DNA from: Octopus sinensis
Taxonomy: Eukaryota
NCBI RefSeq assembly: GCF_006345805.1
Contig: NC_042997.1
Span: 30,442,001 to 30,506,000 of the forward strand
Direction of reading: 5' to 3'
Length of the DNA: 64,000 nt
The position numbers were made by a program, and so were the translations under genes. The notes beneath the pieces were generated by a model. That model worked only from the letters and a program-made list of their open reading frames with translations, had not been told where the DNA came from and searched no databases. Shown here one piece after another: positions 39,860-53,622 of the stretch (the stretch's first letter is position 1; each line of letters begins with the position of its first letter).

Positions 39860-40473
39860 CGTGCTAACGTTTCTGCCAGCTCGCCGCCTTACTTTGTGTG
39901 ACCACGGCGGATTTTGGAAATATTGGTTTCAAATTTTGGCACTGGGCCAGGGGGTTTGAGGGAGGGGCAAAGTCGATTAATAAATCGAACTCAGTGTTCA
40001 ACAGGCACTTATTCTATTGATCCCCGAAAGGATGAAATGCAAAGTCGACCCCACTGAAATTTGAACACAGAACCTGAAGCCGGACGAAAGGACTTGGAAA
40101 ATATTAACCATAAAATAAACTGTTCCTGTCATTGATTTTTATTTATTTTTTTTTTTGCTTTGTTTGTCTTTTACTTTTTTGTTTGTGGCGGGGGTGGTGA
40201 CCTTGATTCGCGAAGGCATCCTAGTGCATCAAATTGTAGGGGACAGGATGTAACGTGTTAGGCAGATGATGAAATGGTCAAAATTTTACGTGCGACTAAC
40301 ATCCTAGCTTGGAGCGTAAATGTTTCATTTTAACTGCTTCTTAATGCATTGAAAACTGAGATAAGCTCCTGTATACACAGCCCCCACCGACGACTTCTTT
40401 TTTATTAATAGCAGTTGTGCATATAAAATGTATGCATGTAGGTCGCGTGTATGTATGTGTGTGTATATGTATG

Positions 40474-40510
<37 letters not shown>

Positions 40511-40538
40511 TACATACATATGTGTATATGTATTCATA

Positions 40539-40599
<61 letters not shown>

Positions 40600-40600
40600 T

Positions 40601-40934
40601 TGAAGGCGCATGGCTCAGTGGTTAGAGCGTCGAGCTTACGATCGTGAGGTTGTGAGCTCGAATCCCGGACCGGGCTGCGTGTTGTGTTCTTGAGCAAGAC
40701 ACTTTATTTCACGTTGCTCCAGTTCACTCAGCTGTAGAAATGAGTTGCGACGTCACTGGTGCCAGCTGTATCGACCTTTGTCTTTCCCTTGGATAACACT
40801 GGTGGCGTGGAGAGGGGAGGCCGGTATGCATGGGCGACTGCTGGTCTTCCATAAACAACCTTGCCCGGACTTGTGTCTAGGAGGGTAACTTTCTAGGTGC
40901 AATCCCATGGTCATTCATGACCGAAGGGGGTCTA
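40601..40934 (+). mobile_element. SINE family B, full length, inside (TA)n
   Basis: tRNA-like head plus CORE-like TTCTTGAGCAAGACACTTTATTTCACGTTGCTCCAGTTCACTCAGCTGTAGAAATGAG. Confidence 0.92.
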
Positions 40935-40938
40935 AGAA

Positions 40939-40975
<37 letters not shown>

Positions 40976-41454
40976 GTATATATGTATATATATATATGTA
41001 TATATATGTATATATATATATGTATAGAGATGTGTGAGTGCATGTGTATGAGTATATATACATGCACACTTATATAGAATGTCTGTAACATATATATATA
41101 TATATATACACAGAATGTGTGTATCTAATGAGTGTTTGTGCGTGTGTGTGTGTGTGCATACATTTTCAGCTTCTACTCCAGTAACGTTACTATAGATGCT
41201 GCACTGCTAATACAACTACTATTTCCACCACCACTGTTACCACCTTTTATGCTACTACTACTATCACTACTGTCACGGCCTTACTTCAACCAGGCAGTGT
41301 ATCACAATGTGTGGGTTGGGTTGTAAACGATAATCATTCAAGCTAATTACAATTCTTTATGAAATTAACAGGGTCTTTTTTTTTCTTCCTTCCATATATA
41401 TACAAAAAGAAACTGATGTACGTCATGTTTTACGTTGAATATTATTTTTTTGTT

Positions 41455-41843
41455 GTGGAGGCGTAATGGCCCAGTGGTTAGGGCAGTGGACTCGCGGTCA
41501 TAGGATCGCGGTTTCGATTCCCAGACCGGGGGTTGTGAGTGTTTATTGAGCGAAAACACCTAAAAACTCCACGAGGCTCCGGCAGGGGATGGTGGTGATC
41601 CCTGCTGTACTATTTCACCACAACTTTCTCTCACTCTTACTTCCTGTTTCTGTTGTACCTGTATTGCAAGGGACCGGCCTTGTCACTCTCTGTGTCACGC
41701 TGAATATCCCCGAGAACTACGTTAAGGGTACACGTGTCTGTGAAGTGCTCAGCCACTTACACGTTAATTTCACGAGCAGGCCGTTCCGTTGATTCGGATC
41801 AACCGGAACCCTCATCGTCGTTACCGACGGAGTGCTTCCTTCC
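41455..41843 (+). mobile_element. SINE family A (tail A1)
   Basis: Nearly identical to the copy at 15797. Confidence 0.93.
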
Positions 41844-42579
41844 TATTTTCTGTGTTAGAGAAGACATAATTCTTAAAGAAAACTGATTCTCAAATACTAG
41901 TCCCACATTCATACACTATTAGTAAAAACCTTATGCTTTCGCTCTGTTTATTAATGGCTTCAAATTTTAACACAAAACCAGCAGTTTTAATGGGATAGGG
42001 ATCATGGAATACATCGACTCTAGTACTAGACTGGTAATTTGTTTTATAGACATCCCCCGGAAGAATGACAGGGAAAGTTAACCCGGGCAGAATTTGAACT
42101 CAGAACCTAATGAATGAGTCAGAAGAAATTCTGCAAAGCAGTTTTCCCAGACATGCTACAGTTTTGTCAACTCGCCCTCCACCTCAATTTTTTACTAATG
42201 AGAAGACAGAATAGAACTTTGCCTTTCAGCTTTTCGGGCTCAATATGAAAAAATATAAGTACCAATCTAGGGTAGTGGATTGGCAGAACTGTAACAAGTT
42301 CAAACCAGGTGTCTTGAGGTATTTGAGCTGGTTCTTTGCTTTGTGAGTTCAAGTTCTGTTATGGCATATACGGGTAGTAGACTTAATGCGTCATCCGGTT
42401 TAACCCCACCACCTGGTGCACCTTGGACAGGTACCTTCACTGGAGTCTACTCTGTTGCAAGCATTATGACCGGATCTCCAGTTTAAGGATACATTCTTCC
42501 ATCCCTCTTATCAATCTCAGCAACCCTAGTAAGTCATTGGTGATACCTTACCTCCTGGCTGAAAGATAAGAAATAATTT

Positions 42580-42965
42580 CGCATGCGTAGTGTGAAGCTG
42601 AGTAGCTCGCTTTACAGTCACGTAAAATAGGATTCAGTCCCACTGCGTGGCACTTTGGGCAAATGTCTTTAACTATAGCCTTGGGCCGACCAATACCCAG
42701 TGAATGAATTTAGTAGGCGGAAACTGTATGGAAGCGCGCGCACGTGTGTGAGTGTGTCTTTGTGCTTGTTTCCACTCCCGACTACTTGACAACCGGTATT
42801 AGTTCGTTTACGTACCCGTAACTTAGCGGTTCGACAAAAGACCCCGACAGAATATGTGCCAGACTTAAAAAATAAGTATTGGAGACGATTTGTTCGACTA
42901 AATTCTCCAAAGTAATGCCCCAGCATGGCTACAGTCCCATGACTGAAACAACCAAAATAAGAAAA
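42580..42965 (+). mobile_element. SINE family C (old)
   Basis: Diverged but colinear. Confidence 0.75.
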
Positions 42966-43025
42966 TAATTCTTTGTTCGTCGCCATATTGCTGGAAACAT
43001 TTAAAACATTGCAAGTACAACTTAT

Positions 43026-43208
43026 ATCACGTGAACACGTGATTGACCAGACTATCGGATGTTGTTATACATCGCTGATCACAATGCGCTTTGCATCACT
43101 TTAGATTTCGAATGATGCCACCCAGCTCCCTAGGGGAGAAGACCTACATTTCCCCTGATCGGAAGGCTGCTCCATTGCAGGGTTACCCATTTACAGCTGT
43201 GTGGACTT
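43026..43208 (-). mobile_element. SINE fragment: CORE-like body joined to the A2 tail
   Basis: Minus strand AGTCCACACAGCTGTAAATGGG...GCATTGTGATCAGCGATGTATAACAACATC. Confidence 0.65.
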
Positions 43209-43609
43209 TTATCACATTTTGCAATTTTCCCCCACATTTTCAACCTTCATACTTCTACTCCCTATTAGAAACCCTGAATTAAAGTATTCCAGTGAAAATA
43301 AAATTAAGGCATAATATATGTTTAATAATTTGAGGTTAAATGGTTCAAAATGAGTCAAATTATTTCCTCTTCATTTATTAATTTATTTTTCGTAAAGCTA
43401 TATTTCTTCTCAAATTTTTCGTTGTTGATTGATATATATACTTTCTCCACCGGTTGTCAGTGCTTAGGTTAGCTTATGGTAATCCCAGTATTAAAGACAA
43501 CAGTCGGTTCATACGCTTCTTGACACACACAGTAGGAGAATTTCGTCCTAATATTGCAGGGAATTCAGTGCTAGTCATAAAATGTGCAAAGAGGTTCCAT
43601 TGGAAGAAG

Positions 43610-44020
43610 CAACTGAGTATTTTATTTTATCGACCACGAATGAGGAAAGGCAAAGTCAACCTCGGTGGCATTTGAACTCGGAACGTAAAGACAGACGAAG
43701 TCAGCTCACCATCTTAATTTCAAATTTTGACACAAGGCCAGCAATTTCGGGTAAGAGGATAAGTCGATTGTATTGACTCCCCAGTGTTCAACTGGTACTT
43801 ATTTTATCGACCCCGAAAGTATGAAAGCAAAGTCGCGGGGAAGAGGATAAGTCGATTGTATTGACTCCCCTGTGTTCAACTCGTAATTATTTTATCGACC
43901 CCGAAAGGATAAAAGCAAGGTCGACCTCGACTGTTTTTGAACTCGGAAAGTAAAGACGGACGAAATAACGCTAAGCATTTTGCTCGACATGCAAACTATC
44001 CTGCCAGCTCGTTACCTTAA
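43610..44020 (-). mobile_element. Old SINE family D copies with an ~88-bp internal tandem duplication
   Basis: AAGAGGATAAGTCGATTGTATTGACTCCCC...AAAGCAA.GTCG repeated at about 43749-43835 and 43836-43923. Confidence 0.8.
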
Positions 44021-44990
44021 TAATAGTTTAAATTTTTAACACAAAGTCATCAGGTTTAATAATTTCTTTTATTTATCACAGGTGCATTAGATAAGGATGA
44101 CATTACAGGGACAGTTTGCAATTTGCGTGGGGTTTACATAACAGATGGGAGCGAAAGAGAGAGGAAGGTTAAATTAGGTACATAGCATATATAAATGTGT
44201 GAATACATCTATGATACAGTCTTCTTGATACAGGAAAAATTTCCATCTAGGGCCAGTCAAGGAACTTCACAGATCCTGGTTCCCCTTGACAACTAAGGGT
44301 ACAAGCTCATGTCAATATGTTGCTCTCCAATCTACAGACGCTTGCTCAGAGTTGATTCTTTCATCCTAATCCTCTATTCCACAATTAATCTTAGCTGGCG
44401 CAATGACTCGACTGCAAGATGGCCTCCTCAGTTCTCAGACATTTTATAATAAATGTGGTGAATATTTGGTAAATTCTGATGCAGTTCTAACAGTGAAGAT
44501 GACTGTACTCAAAACTTCAATGCTATCAATAAAAATCTTTTTTTTTCTGTCACCATCACCACTTTCTCCAGTTCTGTTGCCTCATTCCACATCTTTCTCT
44601 CACCAAAGTAACATTTCTGGCGTCTTAATTTGTTTCTTTGACAGATGACAATTAAAATATTGAATTATGAGCAGACGACAATTACACTAAGTTAAACAGC
44701 AGCCGACATTCTCTTTATTGTTTATATTACAGCAACGATATCGCTAACGGAGGTAATGGCGGTAATGGGCGGCGTCGTCAGACAGTAAATAAATTATTTT
44801 GCCTTGCTCGTCGTAACAATGAAAGAAACAATATATATTCATTTTTTACATTATCCCTTGTGATTGTTACCTGTCTGTGTGCGTGTATGCGTTTGGTGTG
44901 CGTGAATTTATGACTGTATGTATATACATCTAAGTAGACATATTTAGATATATATTATGCATCTGTTTGTATGCATGCACATATCTATGC

Positions 44991-45048
<58 letters not shown>

Positions 45049-45049
<1 letters not shown>

Positions 45050-45257
45050 GAGAGGAATATTATAAGGCAGAATGCTAAATTGAAAGTAAATTTTAATAAA
45101 AATGGGTGTATGAAAAATAAAAAAGAAAAAATAATAAATCGAACGGTTTTCATCGGTTTGATTTATTATTTTTTTCTTTTTTAATTTTCCATACATCCAT
45201 TTTTATTAAAATTGACTTTCAATTTAGCATCCTGCCTTATTATAATATTTTATCTCC
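45049..45257. repeat. ~100-bp-arm inverted repeat embedded in (TA)n
   Basis: ATAAGGCAGAATGCTAAATTGAAAGT...AATAATAAATC mirrored by GATTTATTATT...ACTTTCAATTTAGCATCCTGCCTTAT; centre near 45150. Confidence 0.85.
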
Positions 45258-45382
45258 TATCATTTCTCAACGTCCGGTCAACACAACCCCACCATTTACT
45301 TATTTATATTTATATATATATATTATATATATAAGGGAGAGGTAGAGAGAGAGAGGTAGATAGATAAAGAGATATATGTATA

Positions 45383-45425
<43 letters not shown>

Positions 45426-45452
45426 GCATGTGTGTAAGTATACATTATTACT

Positions 45453-45491
<39 letters not shown>

Positions 45492-45884
45492 GTACATATA
45501 TATATATGCATGTGTGTAAACATGCATTTATATATGTGTATATATATATATTTGTATATTATATGCATGTGTAGACAGACATTTATACGTGTGTGCGCGG
45601 CGCGTGCACACATGTTTATACACACACGAATACATGTATATGCATACGAGTATAGACACATATACACACAGACATTCAAATCCACACATGTATGTATACT
45701 TTGTGAAGAGATCCACTTGTAGTGTCATTCAGTCTACGTTTAGTCTAGAAATATGTAGATGTTGTCAAAAACTGTGAATGCAGGAATTTAAAATATATAA
45801 ATATTTATATATCTAAAATAATAAAAGTCAAAGCACGAGAAATTTCTTCTACATCTTTCTCACTCTCCCTCTCTCTTTCTCACT

Positions 45885-45932
<48 letters not shown>

Positions 45933-47605
45933 ATTTCATGTATGGACTTGTAAACCACAGTATCGTTCTTTTGATATTACTTGTTGAATATCTTTTCAAA
46001 AATAATGTTTCATGAATTGAACTAGTGTCAAAGGTGAACTGTAAAATTTGATGTTTATCATATTTTTTATTCTCCTTTCTTCTCTTACTCTCCCATTCCG
46101 TACCTCGTTTTTATCCATTTTTATATATTTCTTCTTCGCTGATATTAAATGATGAAATCTACGACTGAAACATTGGTGGGAAGATACTGCTGTTATCATT
46201 GTTCAACAAGAATTTGCTTCAATGAACAAGCTTCACTCGAGCAGTGACAAGTGTCTATCAATAAATTTATACTAACGCTGATGCGCCTAAAGGTTGAAGA
46301 GTGGTCTTTTTTTCCACTACTTCTCTTTTTATCTATGACGATTGCTATAACTGGAATGTCGAGCGACAACGTAGAGGACCCTTTGTTATAAATGAGTTAC
46401 CCAATAATTGTTGGCAGTAGTAACTGTCTCGTTGCGGAAATCTGAACAACGTATTTTTTAAATACATGTGGTTCCATCTCGCAAAGCTTGTTAATACGAA
46501 GGATATAACTATACTGTCATAGCATGAGGCAGGATTAGAAATTTGAATTTGAAATACGAGCAAGAAAGTCAGTAGAGTTCCCTATGAAGTTCTTAGAATT
46601 TCTAGTTGGTGGTATTCATATATGGCACTATTTCATTCTTTTCGAAAATCTTCAGCATGACATAATGTACAACTTATAAATTAGATATATTACGAAGTGA
46701 GATATTTTATTAAAATTACAGATGAAATTATGCAATCTGTGGGAAATTCAATATTGCAAACCTCATTTACACTGAGCAAAGAGTTAAATTACGATAAAAT
46801 GTTTCAAAAGTTTTGAATAAATGATCCACAATTTGGAAATGTTGCACGAAAGCAATAAAGTTTTGTGTAACGTATGCAATGTTGACAAACCAACAAAACC
46901 AATTTAATAAAACATGCATGCTTTATCAGCTATAGAGAAAAAAATAGTACAGTAAAAACAAAATCAAGTTTGCTGCAAATTATGAAAGTGGTTGTTTTTT
47001 GTTTCTAAGATTAAAACAACTAAAATCTGACCATCCATCTATTTTCGCCGTCCCCTATTCCGAAGGAAGTCGAGTGGGTAGAGTCCCCAAGTACTTCCTC
47101 CATGGCATCCTAGAGAAACAACAGCCATTAAACGTCCGTTAGATTCCCTAGTGTAATCAATTGAAACTATAGATATTAACCATTATGATCTTTCTCTGGG
47201 TCTCCTGTCGGTTACATCGATTTGAAGAATCTGTCCAGCAGAATTCTTATTATACGTACATAGTAGCGGAACCGTGACCTCTCGGTGCGAAAAAAATCTG
47301 GAGAGAATCCCTGATCTTTGATCTACACTACTTATCAAGTAACGTTACTCAAGGGATCCTACAGAAAAACCCCATTTCGGCCGCTTCTATTCACCGTCGT
47401 ACCATTTCAATTATTACACAGCATTCAGGACCCTAGGAGAGGATAGGTACGAAAACAATGTGGAATGAAAATTTTCAGAAATATATTCTGATCTAGAAAT
47501 ACTGTCCTTTGGTGCGAAATGTTAAAGTGCTGTATTTTAGTATGGAACTTCAGACGACTGGTGTGGATCGAATGTCTTCTTACTTTTAATTTCAATACAT
47601 CCTTT

Positions 47606-47810
47606 AAGGCGGGAAGCTGGCAGAATCGTTAGCACGCCGGGAAAATGCTTAGTGACATTTCGTCTGTCTACATGTTCTGAGTTCAAATTCCGCCGAGGTA
47701 GACTTTGTTTTTTATCATGTTCGAGGTTGATAAAGCAAGTACCTGTTGAGCATCGGGGACGATTTTATCCAGCTCCCAATATTGTTTCCTTTGTACAAAA
47801 CTTAGAAGCA
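47606..47810 (+). mobile_element. Old SINE family D
   Basis: AAGGCGGGAAGCTGGCAGAATCGTTAGCACGCC head. Confidence 0.8.
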
Positions 47811-49050
47811 ATATCAATGCATTCTTTAATATTCTAATTTCCTTCTGTTTTCATCTTTCTTACACTTACAGCAGTTTTAGTAAGGTTCGAAGAAGTTAAT
47901 CTGTACGTAATAGCTCAGTCTGCTAGCTATGGCAATCAAATTTCCTTCAATACACACCATGCCTTCTATAAAGAGAATATGCACAGTACGGGATGATCAC
48001 GAGTAAAATTACCTTGAAGCTAGGTCAGCTTGACCTAGGAACAAACAATAACGATCTCTAAACAAGTGCAATTAATACGTACTGATTCGTTCTGATTGCT
48101 GCTCTTTTTATAATCTTAAAATCCTAATCTATGTCAATGCCTCTAGACACACAGATTCTTCAACAGGTCCATAGCAGCCTTTAATGAAGGTTCTTTCTGA
48201 TCCACAACCCTGGTTCTGACGCACGCTTTTAATGCAGATACTGGCCTATAAGTGTTTAGGCTGAGCAACGCTTGTTTATGTGTGTATGTTATGTATATAT
48301 AGATATGTGTGTGAGTGAACATATATGTATATATGTGTTATGCGTACATGTAGTCACACACATATCACATAAATATTTCGTCTGTGTGTGTCATATATGT
48401 CACGTATATATTTGTGTATAGATGAATGTATATATACACATGAACGCGCGCATGTACACAAATATAATTAAGAGTTCTCAGTAATGTGTCTCTATGTTAG
48501 ACATGTGTGTTTGCGTGCGCGCATGTGATAGAGACCAACTAGGAAGCTATATTTTTCAGTATGTTCGACCTTTAGATAATATTTAAGAAAAAAAAGAACT
48601 CTAATAAGAAAATATATTTGTAGCAGGGTACTTTGAAGCAGTAATGAACACAGAAGGAGTCTGTCTGCATAAGCCTATGTGTATATTTGTCTAAATAGTA
48701 TTTAAACAAGGTTATTAGTTTCTGCCCTTCGTCTGTAGATCCCATCTATTTTACCACGCCGTTATTAAATGAGAAAGACCACCCAAGTTTCTACTATAGC
48801 ATAGCTTCTAAATTTCAACTTTTAAAGTTTTGTATCACAAATTATTTTAATGATTTCTAAATACAGAAATTGTTAAACATGCATGTGTGTGTGTGCGTGC
48901 ACAGAGATGTTCATATGAACGTTTACATCTGCACATATGTATGCTTATATGCACATGTGAATGCATGTATATATATGCACATATATTTTCATATATATAT
49001 TACACACATACAGATTTATATTTATATATATATATATTACACACATACAG

Positions 49051-49128
<78 letters not shown>

Positions 49129-49653
49129 ATATATGTATATATATATATATGTATTACACATACACAGATTTATATATATATATATTATATATATATATAT
49201 TATATATATATATATATATGCACACACACATACAAATTTTTATATACACATACAAGCGTATATATGCATGTATGCATAGATATACGCATTCGTAGAGAAA
49301 CGAGTTTGCAGTCACAAGAGTATCAGGTATAATTCTTTATGCTATTTGTTTCGGCTATGTACTTCTTGAGTTCAAATCATACGAGGTTAACTTTGCCATA
49401 CATCTTTTTGGATTTGCTAAATAAAATAGCCTTGTACAACCTGCTGAGCAATGGATTTCACGATGTTTAAAATGCCTTAGAGATTTTTTGTATATCACAT
49501 CCGCTCCCCTGCAATTCCATCCGGAATTGGGAACACAAGCAAGAATGCACGCGCATGTGTGTGTGCGTGAGTGTGTTTGTGTCTGTGTGTATGTGTGTGT
49601 ATACACTTTACCATGTATCTGTAGAACAAACATATCCATTTATAGAAATAATC

Positions 49654-49709
<56 letters not shown>

Positions 49710-50894
49710 CATTATATAAGATAAAGATGAAGAACTGAAGAAAAACGTTTTGATAAATAATTTTTATGTCAATTACAATCAGGATATCATGCTGTTGCCC
49801 TGGGTTTCACTGTAGCAGACTGTGTGCCAAAATGGCTGCTGCTTTGGATAAAAACATATCTTCAAATACCTTGGCTTACAGTCAGAGATTTCACAGACTG
49901 AGCGAACATTTGCTGACCCGCCCAGCCAGCAAGGAACCCCGATTACCACAAGGGTATCCTGACTTTAATTTATATAAGGGTGTGTGTGTTTTATTGCTTT
50001 CTATAAATATATACATCTACATACTATTTTTCGATTAACAACACATATGTATATTACATAATTTACATACATATGTGTGTCTCCCTATATGTAGTGCCTC
50101 TATCATAAGTTAGTATACTCTAACATTGTAAAGTATCTATTAATCTGAACTTTAATAGCCAAATTTTGTCTGCCTGGGAAGTGCAATCAGCCGTACTTGT
50201 CCTTTGCATGATGAAATATCTTCAAGATTCCAGAAGCAACTGATTCCTCCAAGGTTTTGAGTCTCGTGTCTGGTCCCAACATTACATCACAAGACAAACA
50301 AAAGTTGCTGTGAATCGTACATGTGTGTTGACGTCGTTCCTTTACTCCTTAAATGAAGAAGATTTTGATCACCAAGCTCAATTCTGCGAGAAAATGGCGT
50401 TCTTTTGTCGTGATCCACGTTTTATTTATCGCATAATGGAGTTACATTATGCAGTTGGAATCAATAGTTTCAGTTGCGTACTTTATGAAACGCATGTTTA
50501 GTTCTGAATTTTGCATCTCGACAGCCTACAATTTACAAATCTTCCTTTGTCGAAGTGTGCAATACTGGTCGTCATTACCAGATTTAAAAAGAAATTCTGG
50601 CCTGTTCTTCCTTCACTAATCCGTATTTTTCATCAGATTGATTCGGGCCGCAAGCAGGATTTTGTGAAACAACTTCAAGATCTCTTAACATGACACTTCT
50701 TGAGATTTTCCCTTGTGCGAACAGCTCTAGAATAACGTCTGCTAATGAAATCGAAACATTTATAATCTAAAGATTGGGCTATAAAAGAATTTAAGCTTTC
50801 CGCCACTTTTTGATGACAGATGTGTGCGTGTGCGTGTGTTTGTATGCGTGTGTCTATATATATACATATACCCACATATGTGTGTGTCTTTCAT

Positions 50895-51257
50895 GTTTGA
50901 AGGGTTTTAGTCGAACCAATTGACCCCAATACTTTTTTTTCTTTTTAAGCCTGATACTTACTCTACAGCCTCTTTTGCTGAATCCCTAAGTCACAGGGAC
51001 GTAAACATACCAACATCGGTAAGCTTGTATCACACACATACATATGTAAGTAAGTATATATATATATACACACACATACATACACATATATATACGACGG
51101 GCTTCCGTATAGCTTCCGGACAACGAAATTCACCCACAAGGTATTGGTCAGGCAAGAGCTGTAGTACAATCTCTTATCCGAGGTGCCGCACAGTGGGACT
51201 GAACCTGGAACCACGAGGTTACAAAGCAAGCTTAACTACACAGCCAGGCCTGCACCT
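50895..51257 (-). mobile_element. SINE family C (old)
   Basis: Diverged but colinear. Confidence 0.7.
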
Positions 51258-51763
51258 AATACACTCACGCGCTCATAGAAATGTATATTTGAAAAATATT
51301 ATCCTTAACCCAGCCTTGATATGAAAGGGTGAAAGTGGGACAATGCGTGTGTGCGTGTGTATTCATAAATAGGGGAGGCGTTACAAGCATGCCTGTGGGT
51401 GTGAGAGCTATTTTGTCGGGGTCCATTTTTATATTTCATTCATTTCTCATTATATACAATCACAAATGTTTTCAACTTTCGGCTGGCTGGGAACATTTGC
51501 CGCATATTTAAAATCACAATCGTACAAACACACGCACTCACACATTCACAAGCATACACTCAAAATATACATTTATACAAACACACACAAACACACACAC
51601 GTACACACGCACATAAACGCACACACTGACTTTTGTATATTTTTATTACTTATGAAAAGTCTGAACGACGGAAGATATAACTAACATAAGTGATTAGAGA
51701 AACAAAACAACATCTCCTGTAAACAGGATATTAAATTAAGAGCGTCCAATGTATGTGTGTGTG

Positions 51764-51814
<51 letters not shown>

Positions 51815-52090
51815 TGCACGCACACATTGCTCATGAACCCAGGCAGTACAATTTTAGTTCATCTTGGCGTGATATTTAATTACCGAGAGTGCACAATGAC
51901 TCAACAGGTAGTCGGCGCTTAACTTGATGTCTAAGAGACATTAACAGACGTGGAAAATGGAACTCTATAGATACGTGTATACGGAAAATGGCTAAAACTG
52001 AAAAAAAAAACAGTTCTGAGTTTCTCCGCTATGTATTTTCCAATATTGTGCGCGAGAAACGCTTTTTATTTTTATCTCTCTTTTTCTGGC

Positions 52091-52126
52091 CTTTCCGAAG
52101 AAGAGCGTAGGCGCAAAACGTTAAAG
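52091..52126 (+). ncRNA. Degenerate minimal hammerhead-like motif
   Basis: CUUU-CCGAAGA-A-GAGC(GUAG)GCGC-AAAAC-GUU-AAAG; three changes from a canonical fold; about 100 bp upstream of a (TA)n tract. Confidence 0.45.
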
Positions 52127-52235
52127 ACTGTTTCCAATTTTCCCGAGAAACCTGAAACATCGTGTTTGTTTTTTTTTTTGTCTCGTCTACGGTTTTTTTA
52201 TATTTTTGTACCATATCTTTACGTGTGTATGTATG

Positions 52236-52322
<87 letters not shown>

Positions 52323-52326
<4 letters not shown>

Positions 52327-52486
52327 CGCAGGCGTGGCTGTGTGGTAAGAAGCTTGCTTCCCAACCATATGTTCTGGATTCAGTCCCACTGCGTGGCACC
52401 TTGGGCAAGTGTCTTCTATTGTAGCCTCAGGTCGACCAAAGCCTTGTTAGTAGATTTGGAAGGCGGAAACTGAAGGAAGCCCATGG

Positions 52487-52535
<49 letters not shown>

Positions 52536-52740
52536 TTGTGTCTGTGTTCCCCACCACCATCGCTTGACAACTGATGTCGGTGTGTTGACATCCCCGTAAC
52601 TTAGCGGTTCAGCAAAGAGATCGATAGAATAAGTGCTAGGTTTACAAAGAATAAGTCTTGGGGGTCAATTTGTTCGACTAAATCCTCTTATGGTGGTGCC
52701 GCAGCCAAATGACAGAGGCAAGTAAAAGAATAAAAGAATA
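52323..52740 (+). mobile_element. SINE family C
   Basis: Consensus match. Confidence 0.9.
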
Positions 52741-52807
52741 TATATATATATATAATATATATATCTGTGTGTGTATGTCTGTGTGTCTGTGTGTGTGTGT
52801 GTGTATG

Positions 52808-52849
<42 letters not shown>

Positions 52850-52922
52850 TGTGTTTGTGTGTGCTGATTCACCAGAAGCAATAAATTACAGAACTCGATA
52901 CAAATGTATAGTATTCTTTAAT

Positions 52923-53622
52923 ACATTATAACTGTAAGGCTCCGATTTCCAGCACTCAAAATTGCTCGTTTCCGATCATCAGCTGGTAAACCGATCCTGA
53001 TTTGCTATTGTCTTTCAGAAAGGTTTTTAAACAAAAGAATATAAGAATCAGCATTTCCTTCAAGCTTTCATTTCATATTTCAAAAAAATATTCATTGGAT
53101 ACTCTTTTACTTGTTTCAGTCATTTGACTGCAGCCATACTGGAGCACCGCCTTTAGTCGAGTAAATCGACCCCGGGACTTATTCTTTTGTAAGCCCAGTA
53201 CTTATTCTATCGGTCTCTTTTGCCGAACCGCTAACGTGACGGGGACGTAAACACACCAGCATCGGTTGTCAAGCAACCAGGCTCCAGTCTGATCTGGCAG
53301 TGTTTCTACGGCTAAACATATACACACACATACATATATATATATACATATATACGACAGGCTTCTTTCAGTTTCCGTCTACCAAATCCACTCACAAGGC
53401 TTTGGTCGGCCCGCGGCTATAGCAGAAGACACTTGCCTAAGATGCCACGCAGTGGGACTGAACCCGGAACCATGTGGTTGGTAGACAAGCTACTTACCAC
53501 ACAGCCACTCCTGCGCCTATAGGATAATCAATAATTTAAAAAAATTGGACTCGGTTTACCAGCAGATGATCGGAAATGAGCAACTCTAAATACCGGAAAT
53601 CGGAATCTTTCAGTTATAATGT
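52923..53622. mobile_element. MITE with ~75-bp TIRs, interrupted by SINE C
   Basis: ATTATAACTGTAAGGCTCCGATTTCC...CTGGTAAACCGA mirrored by TCGGTTTACCAGC...GGAAATCGGAATCTTTCAGTTATAAT. Confidence 0.8.
53101..53520 (-). mobile_element. SINE family C containing a family-E patch
   Basis: Consensus except 53276-53313. Confidence 0.9.

Larger units (their letters stand above)
37911..39890 (-). mobile_element. SINE family D split by a 1.73-kb insertion
   Basis: Body and tail at 37911-38128; head at 39860-39890. Confidence 0.9.

Noticed and set aside
46280-46310. CTGATGCGCCTAAAGGTTGAAG hammerhead-like string (also CTGAAGAGCT at about 21689)
   Set aside because: GAAA and stems I/III are missing, so it is compatible with chance.
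49766-50038. 90-aa non-repetitive ORF
   Set aside because: No recognisable motif or splice context; length is within chance expectation.
50260-50820. Possible Tc1-like transposase scraps
   Set aside because: Too decayed to support a call.
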